Below, piece after piece: positions 58,725-64,000 of a stretch of DNA of 64,000 bases. The notes below the pieces were generated by a model. It was not told the DNA's origin and made no database searches. It saw nothing but the letters and a program-made list of their open reading frames with translations. The position numbers and the translations under genes are program-made. The DNA is from an uncultured Gemmatimonadaceae bacterium (lineage in GTDB: Bacteria > Gemmatimonadota > Gemmatimonadetes > Gemmatimonadales > Gemmatimonadaceae): the NCBI GenBank assembly GCA_963751275.1, contig CAVVTZ010000007.1:32001-96000 (forward strand). Direction: 5' to 3'. Within the stretch, counting starts at the first letter, position 1. Each line of letters starts with the position of its first letter.

Positions 58725-60434
58725 TCACTTCACCGCGAAGACGAGCACCGCATTGCCGAGCGGATAGCCGAGCTGGAAATTCCCGCCGCACGCCACCGCG
58801 ATGTACTGCTTCCCGTCGATGGAGTAGGTGACCGGCGGTGCGTTGCAGCCGGCGCCCGCCTGGAATTGCCAGAGCACCTTGCCACTCCTGGCATCGTACG
58901 CCTTGAAGAGCCCGCTTCCCTCGCCGACGAAGACGAGCCCGCCCGCGGTGGCGAGCGCGCCGCCGATCATCGGCTGGTCGGTCTTCACCTGCCAGGCGCG
59001 CTTGCCGGTGTTCAGGTCGATCGCCGTGAACGTCCCGGACTGCACGCCGCCCGGCTCCAGCTTGAACGCCGAGCCGAGCCAGAGTTTGCCCTTGTCCAGC
59101 GGCGCCGGATGCGTGCGATAGATCATCGGCTGCTCGAGGCCGAGCACGTACATGTAGCCGAGTCTCGGGTTCACCGCCGTCGGCGACCACTCCGATCCGC
59201 CGTTGGCGCCGGGCAGCATGTGCACGCCGTCGGCGGTCGGTTGCGAGAAATAATTCTCGTGCTTGTTGAACTCCTCGGAGCGGCGGATGAGTTTGCCGGT
59301 CGCCGCATTCCACACATACACGTACGCGGTCTTCCCCGCCTCGGCCACCGCCTTCGTTCCATCCTTCAGCGTCACGATCACGGGCGGACTCACGACGTCC
59401 AAGTCCCACACGTCGTGCGGGACCTCCTGGTAATGCCATTTGTATTCGCCGGTGCGCGCATCGATGGCGACCACCGATTCGGTATAGAGGTTGTCACCGG
59501 GCCGCACGGATCCGTCCAGGTCGGGCGATGGATTGCCGACGCCGAAATACAGCATGTTCGTGGCCGGATCGTATGCCGGCGTCATCCACACCGAGCCGCC
59601 ACCGCGTTGCCAGGCATCGCCGTACTGCGGCATCGCCGCCTTCTCCGCGGCGATGTTCCGCTTGAGATCATCGCCCTCGCCCGTCTTCTCCGCCCACACG
59701 CCTTCCCACCCTTTGTCCGGCAGCGTGTAGAAATTCCAGAGCTGGTGGCCATCGGCCCGGTCGTACGCGCGAATGAAACCGCGGATCCCGTACTCGGCGC
59801 CTGAAACGCCCACGATCACCATGTTGTCGACGATCAGCGGCGCCATCGTCTCGCTGTATCCCGCCTCCGGGTCGGCGATCTCGATGTCCCATTGCACCTT
59901 GCCGGTCGCGGATTCGAGCGCGATCAATCGCGCATCGAGGGTCGCCATGTACACGGTGCCGCCCGCGATCGCCACGCCGCGGTTGTTGGGCCCGCAGCAG
60001 AAGATGGGCGACGCGATGCTCATCTTGTGTTCGTAGCGCCAGAGCTGGCGGCCGGTGCGCGCATCCACCGCCATGGCCGTGTTGTAGGGCGTCGTCAGGT
60101 ACATCACGCCGTCCACCACGATCGGACTCGTCTCGAATGATCCGAGATGCGAGATCCCCGTTTGGTAGATCCACGCAACGGAGAGCGCCTTCACGTTCTC
60201 GGTGCTGATCTGCGTGAGCGGCGACCAGCGTTGGTTCCAGTAGTCGTGGCCGTAGGTCGACCAGTTCTTGCCATCCTTCGCGGCGCCCGTGAGCATCTGG
60301 GTCGTGACGTTCGTGAACACGGGGTCTTTCGCCGCCGGTTTCTTCGCTTTTGCTGCCACCTGCTCCTGCGCCCCCAGTGAGCTGGCCGAGACGGCCATCG
60401 CCACTCCGATCGCGATCAATCTCGTGATGCGCAT
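58725..60434 (-). CDS. PQQ-dependent alcohol dehydrogenase (methanol/ethanol family)
   Basis: RWSPLTQI, CCGPNNRG, GAEYGIRG, GNPSP, PHDVWDLD, Trp-docking motifs. Confidence 0.92.
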   Translation of the reverse strand: MRITRLIAIGVAMAVSASSLGAQEQVAAKAKKPAAKDPVFTNVTTQMLTGAAKDGKNWSTYGHDYWNQRWSPLTQISTENVKALSVAWIYQTGISHLGSFETSPIVVDGVMYLTTPYNTAMAVDARTGRQLWRYEHKMSIASPIFCCGPNNRGVAIAGGTVYMATLDARLIALESATGKVQWDIEIADPEAGYSETMAPLIVDNMVIVGVSGAEYGIRGFIRAYDRADGHQLWNFYTLPDKGWEGVWAEKTGEGDDLKRNIAAEKAAMPQYGDAWQRGGGSVWMTPAYDPATNMLYFGVGNPSPDLDGSVRPGDNLYTESVVAIDARTGEYKWHYQEVPHDVWDLDVVSPPVIVTLKDGTKAVAEAGKTAYVYVWNAATGKLIRRSEEFNKHENYFSQPTADGVHMLPGANGGSEWSPTAVNPRLGYMYVLGLEQPMIYRTHPAPLDKGKLWLGSAFKLEPGGVQSGTFTAIDLNTGKRAWQVKTDQPMIGGALATAGGLVFVGEGSGLFKAYDARSGKVLWQFQAGAGCNAPPVTYSIDGKQYIAVACGGNFQLGYPLGNAVLVFAVK

Positions 60435-60526
60435 GCTGGTCCCCCGTGAAACGGTCTGCCGTGCGGGAAGCCTATGCGTGAATGTCGGAATCCGCCCGGG
60501 CGATGGCAAGGCTCGCATCACGCGGA

Positions 60527-61114
60527 TCATTCGCCAAGCGCGATGAGCGCGAGCACGAGCGCGTCGAACGCCGCGGGCGGGTCGCCCCGTGCGGATTCGA
60601 CGGCGAGTCCGCTCACCAGTGTCACCAGCAGATCGCCCGCCTGTTCGGGCGCGATGCGGGGCCGGATGCCCAGCCGCGCGAACATCGTCGCGGCCAGTTC
60701 CGTCGTCATGGCCCGCCGGGTGTCGAGCGCTTCGCGCGCCGCACGTTGCACCGCCGGCGCCAACCACTCGCCCAGCGAGAGCAGGGCCCGCCATTCGCCG
60801 AGTTGCAACTCATCCTCCATCCACGCACGCAGATCGGTGACGACGCTCTCCGGCAACATGGCGGCGAGCGCCCGCCGGCCGCGCGCGCAGATCCGTTCAC
60901 CGAGGCGCGTCGCCGCGCGCGCCAGCATGGCGTCCTTATCATGGTAGTGATAGTGGATGAGCCCCTTGCTCACCCCGGCGCGGTCGGCGACCTCGTGCAT
61001 CGAGAGCGATCCGGCGCCGTGCAGCACCAACTCCGCGAGCGCCGCGCGCAGGATCCGCTCGGGCGCGGTCGGTCCATCCTCCGCGTCGCGCCCGGACAGC
61101 GTCGTGCTCGTCAC
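60527..61114 (-). CDS. TetR family regulator
   Basis: ERILRAA..G...SMHEVADRAGVSKGLIHYHY. Confidence 0.9.
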   Translation of the reverse strand: MTSTTLSGRDAEDGPTAPERILRAALAELVLHGAGSLSMHEVADRAGVSKGLIHYHYHDKDAMLARAATRLGERICARGRRALAAMLPESVVTDLRAWMEDELQLGEWRALLSLGEWLAPAVQRAAREALDTRRAMTTELAATMFARLGIRPRIAPEQAGDLLVTLVSGLAVESARGDPPAAFDALVLALIALGE

Positions 61115-62493
61115 ACTGCCACTTTGGTGTGCGGCGCCGGACAGGAGACCTTGAACCCATCCGCGGTGAGCGTGGCCGACAGCGCGGCTTGCGCGGGCGG
61201 CTCACCGTGAACGAGATACACCTGCTCGAGCGCGGGGGACTTCGCCCGCACTGCCAGCAGCCACTCGCGCAGACCGGTGCGGTCGGCGTGCGCGCTATAC
61301 CCGTTCAGCACTTCGACGCGCGCGCGCAGCGGGACTTCTTGTCCGAAGATCCTCAGCACCGGCTGTTTCTCGACGATGCGCCGTCCCAGTGTATTCTCCG
61401 CCTGATAGCCGACGATGAGGATCGTGTTCTTCGGGTCGCCGGCTCCGTTCGCGAGATGGTGCAGGATCCGCCCGGCCTCCGCCATCCCCGATGCCGCGAC
61501 GATCACCGCCGGCCCGTGCAGCGCATTCAGCGCCTTCGACTCTTCCACCGTGGGCGTGTACGTGAGCAGCGGAAAATCGAGGAACTTCGTGGCCGACGCG
61601 ATCATCTTCTCCGTGCTGTCGAACACCTCCGGATGCAGCCGGAACACATCCGTGATGCTGATCGCGAGTGGACTGTCGATGTACACTGGAATCACCGGCA
61701 CGCGCCCTTCGATCTGCAGGTTGCGCAGATCGTACAGGATCTCCTGCGTCCGGCCGAGCGCGAACGCGGGGATCAACACCTTCCCGCCCTTGGCCGCCGC
61801 CTCGCGGATCACGCGCGCCAATTCCTCGCGCGATTCATCGATCGGCCCGTGATCCCGATCGCCGTACGTCGACTCCATGATCACGACGTTCGCTCCCTCG
61901 GGCGGCACCGGGTCGCCGATGATCGGCATCCCCTTCCGGCCGATGTCGCCGGAGAAGACGATGCGCCGCCTCCGTCCGCCTTCCTCGCAGTCCACCGTCA
62001 CCGACGCCGATCCCAGGATGTGTCCGGCATCCACATAGCTGGCCCGCACACCGTCGATGACGCTGAACTCCTGCCGATACGGCATCGTGCAGAGCAGACC
62101 GGTCGCCTTCGTGGAATCATTCTCGGTGTACAGCGGCGGCATCGCGTCCTTGTGATGCCGCGCGAGGAACTCGGCGTCTTTCTCCTGGATCCGCGCCGAG
62201 TCAGCGAGCATGAGCGCGCACAGGTCGCGAGTCGCGGGGGTGGACCAGATCTTCTTGTGATAGCCGTGGGCGGCGAGCATCGGCAGCCGGCCCGAGTGGT
62301 CCATGTGGGCGTGGGAGAGCACGATCGCATCGATCGTCGCCGGGTCCACCGGCAGCTGCATGTTCTTGGTTTGGGCTTCCTGGCGTCTTCCCTGGAAGAG
62401 GCCGCAGTCCAGCATGACCGTCTTGCCGTTCACGTGCACGAGGTGGCACGAGCCGGTCACTTCGCGTGCGGCGCCGATGAAGGTGATGTCCAT
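61111..62493 (-). CDS. Metallo-beta-lactamase/beta-CASP ribonuclease
   Basis: VTGS, SHAHMDHSG, AGHILGS, ESTYG, ASGM, SAHAD, LVHGE. Confidence 0.93.
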   Translation of the reverse strand: MDITFIGAAREVTGSCHLVHVNGKTVMLDCGLFQGRRQEAQTKNMQLPVDPATIDAIVLSHAHMDHSGRLPMLAAHGYHKKIWSTPATRDLCALMLADSARIQEKDAEFLARHHKDAMPPLYTENDSTKATGLLCTMPYRQEFSVIDGVRASYVDAGHILGSASVTVDCEEGGRRRRIVFSGDIGRKGMPIIGDPVPPEGANVVIMESTYGDRDHGPIDESREELARVIREAAAKGGKVLIPAFALGRTQEILYDLRNLQIEGRVPVIPVYIDSPLAISITDVFRLHPEVFDSTEKMIASATKFLDFPLLTYTPTVEESKALNALHGPAVIVAASGMAEAGRILHHLANGAGDPKNTILIVGYQAENTLGRRIVEKQPVLRIFGQEVPLRARVEVLNGYSAHADRTGLREWLLAVRAKSPALEQVYLVHGEPPAQAALSATLTADGFKVSCPAPHTKVAV

Positions 62494-62552
62494 CGGTCAG
62501 CGCCTCCCGCCCCGGTATTCATTCATCGAGCCACCCGCCGTAAGTTGTCGGC

Positions 62553-63194
62553 ATGCCCGCCCCGTTCCGCAATCTCACCGTCTCGGATCACCCGCTCGTC
62601 CAGCACAAGCTCTCGATCCTCCGCGACCGCGCCACGCCGACGAAGCTCTTCAAGGAGCTCATCGAGGAGATCGCCATGCTGCTGGCCTACGAGGCGATGC
62701 GGGATCTCCCGCTGGAGCAGGCGAGCGTGGAGACGCCGCTCGAGTCCACCACGCAATGGCGCGTCGCGGGCAAGAAGCTCACGCTCGTTCCGATACTACG
62801 CGCCGGACTGGGAATGGTCGAGGGGGTGCTCCGCCTCGTGCCATCGGCGCGTGTCGGGCACATCGGACTCTATCGCGACCACGACACGCTCCAGCCGGTG
62901 GACTACTATTTCAAGGTTCCCGGCGATGCGCCCGAGCGGGAGTTCTTCCTGCTAGACCCGATGCTCGCGACCGGCGGGAGCGCGGTGGCCGCCGTGAACT
63001 CGCTGCGGCGCGTGGGCGCGACGCGCATCCGCATGCTCTGCATCGTCGCGGCGCCGGAGGGCGTCGCGAAGATGGGGGCCGAGTGTCCTGAGATTCCGAT
63101 CATCACGGCGGCGCTCGATCGCGAGCTCAATGAGAACGGCTACATCCTGCCGGGACTCGGCGACGCGGGCGATCGTCTCTTCGGGACGCGATAG
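62553..63194 (+). CDS. upp: Uracil phosphoribosyltransferase
   Basis: [36 protein letters not shown]. Confidence 0.97.
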   Translation: MPAPFRNLTVSDHPLVQHKLSILRDRATPTKLFKELIEEIAMLLAYEAMRDLPLEQASVETPLESTTQWRVAGKKLTLVPILRAGLGMVEGVLRLVPSARVGHIGLYRDHDTLQPVDYYFKVPGDAPEREFFLLDPMLATGGSAVAAVNSLRRVGATRIRMLCIVAAPEGVAKMGAECPEIPIITAALDRELNENGYILPGLGDAGDRLFGTR

Positions 63195-63199
63195 CCGCG

Positions 63200-64000
63200 C
63201 TACTTCCCAATGCAGAAGGAGCGGAAGACCTCGTCGAGGATGTCGTCCCGCTCGACGATGCCGATGAGCTCCTCCAGCGCATTCGCGGCGCTGCGTAGAT
63301 GCACCGCGGCGACCGGCGCCGGCAGCGAGCCGGCGGCCCAGGTCTCACGGAACGCCGCGACCTCCGCGCGCGCGCGCGCGACGCCGCGTTGATGCCGCTC
63401 CCGCATGAGCAGCGCCGTGGCGCCATCGCCGTCGGGCAGATGCGCGGAGAGCAGACGGCCAATGTGGCGCGTCAACGCGCCGAGGCCTTCCCCCGTGATC
63501 GCGCTCACCCCGAGGGCCGGCGGGTCCCCGTTTAAGTCTCTATTTGATACTAAATCGATCTTCGTGCGCACGGCCACGCGCGGTGCCGTGCTGAGCGCGG
63601 CCACCCGGCCGAGCGCGTCCGGGAGCGACGCCGCATCACCCGCGCATACAAGCACGGCGTCCGCATGCCCGACGTACCGGTGCGCCACCTCGATCCCGAT
63701 CCGCTCGACCTGGTCCGCCGCGCCGTCGCGCAATCCGGCCGTGTCCACGAGCCGCACCGGCCAGCCATCCAGTTCGATCATCGCTTCGAGCGCATCCCGC
63801 GTGGTGCCCGGCACGTCCGTCACGATCGCGCGCGTCACGCCGAGCAGTGCGTTGAAGAGTGACGACTTGCCGCTGTTCGGCGCGCCGGCGAGCACGACCA
63901 CCGCTCCGTCCCGTACGATCTCCCCCGCGTGCACGCTCGACAACAGCGTGTCGAGCGACGCGAGCAAGACGGCGCTCTGCGCCGTGGCGCGCTCGCGCGG
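63200..64000 (-). CDS. mnmE: tRNA modification GTPase MnmE, 5'-truncated by window
   Basis: GAPNSGKSS, PGTTRD, DTAG, C-terminal FCIGK. Confidence 0.95.
   Translation of the reverse strand, partial: PRERATAQSAVLLASLDTLLSSVHAGEIVRDGAVVVLAGAPNSGKSSLFNALLGVTRAIVTDVPGTTRDALEAMIELDGWPVRLVDTAGLRDGAADQVERIGIEVAHRYVGHADAVLVCAGDAASLPDALGRVAALSTAPRVAVRTKIDLVSNRDLNGDPPALGVSAITGEGLGALTRHIGRLLSAHLPDGDGATALLMRERHQRGVARARAEVAAFRETWAAGSLPAPVAAVHLRSAANALEELIGIVERDDILDEVFRSFCIGK

Overview
High-GC (~70%) bacterial chromosome segment. Gene content and order suggest a Gemmatimonadota-like organism (inference). It holds about 58 CDS and one tRNA-Phe(GAA); I found no rRNA, CRISPR array, phage or transposase. Housekeeping genes include mutS, holA, ddl, upp, mnmE (partial), cystathionine beta-synthase, an M16 protease pair, a beta-CASP nuclease, a rhomboid, an S41 protease, queF and a queD-like gene. 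The most notable accessory signals are: (1) a tandemly duplicated [HEAT-repeat protein + HD-GYP protein] cassette whose four proteins share an unnamed N-terminal 'Y-x-x-x-H-P' domain, with each HD-GYP missing a different metal ligand; (2) a His/Cys-rich small ORF ending in 'PFANGPP' just upstream of a TonB-dependent receptor, resembling CruR/CutF (DUF2946) metal-sensing arrest uORFs; (3) a QueE-like protein with no radical-SAM cysteines, coupled to ddl; (4) a candidate ~90-nt sRNA; (5) TetR operator-like palindromes on both sides of tetR; (6) sigma-54 promoter motifs, a TsdA plus Tat DsrE-like pair, a sugar-salvage operon and a candidate lanthanide-type PQQ dehydrogenase next to a porin. Four genes have frameshifts that look like assembly insertion errors. 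All calls come from motif recognition by eye; no database searches were run.
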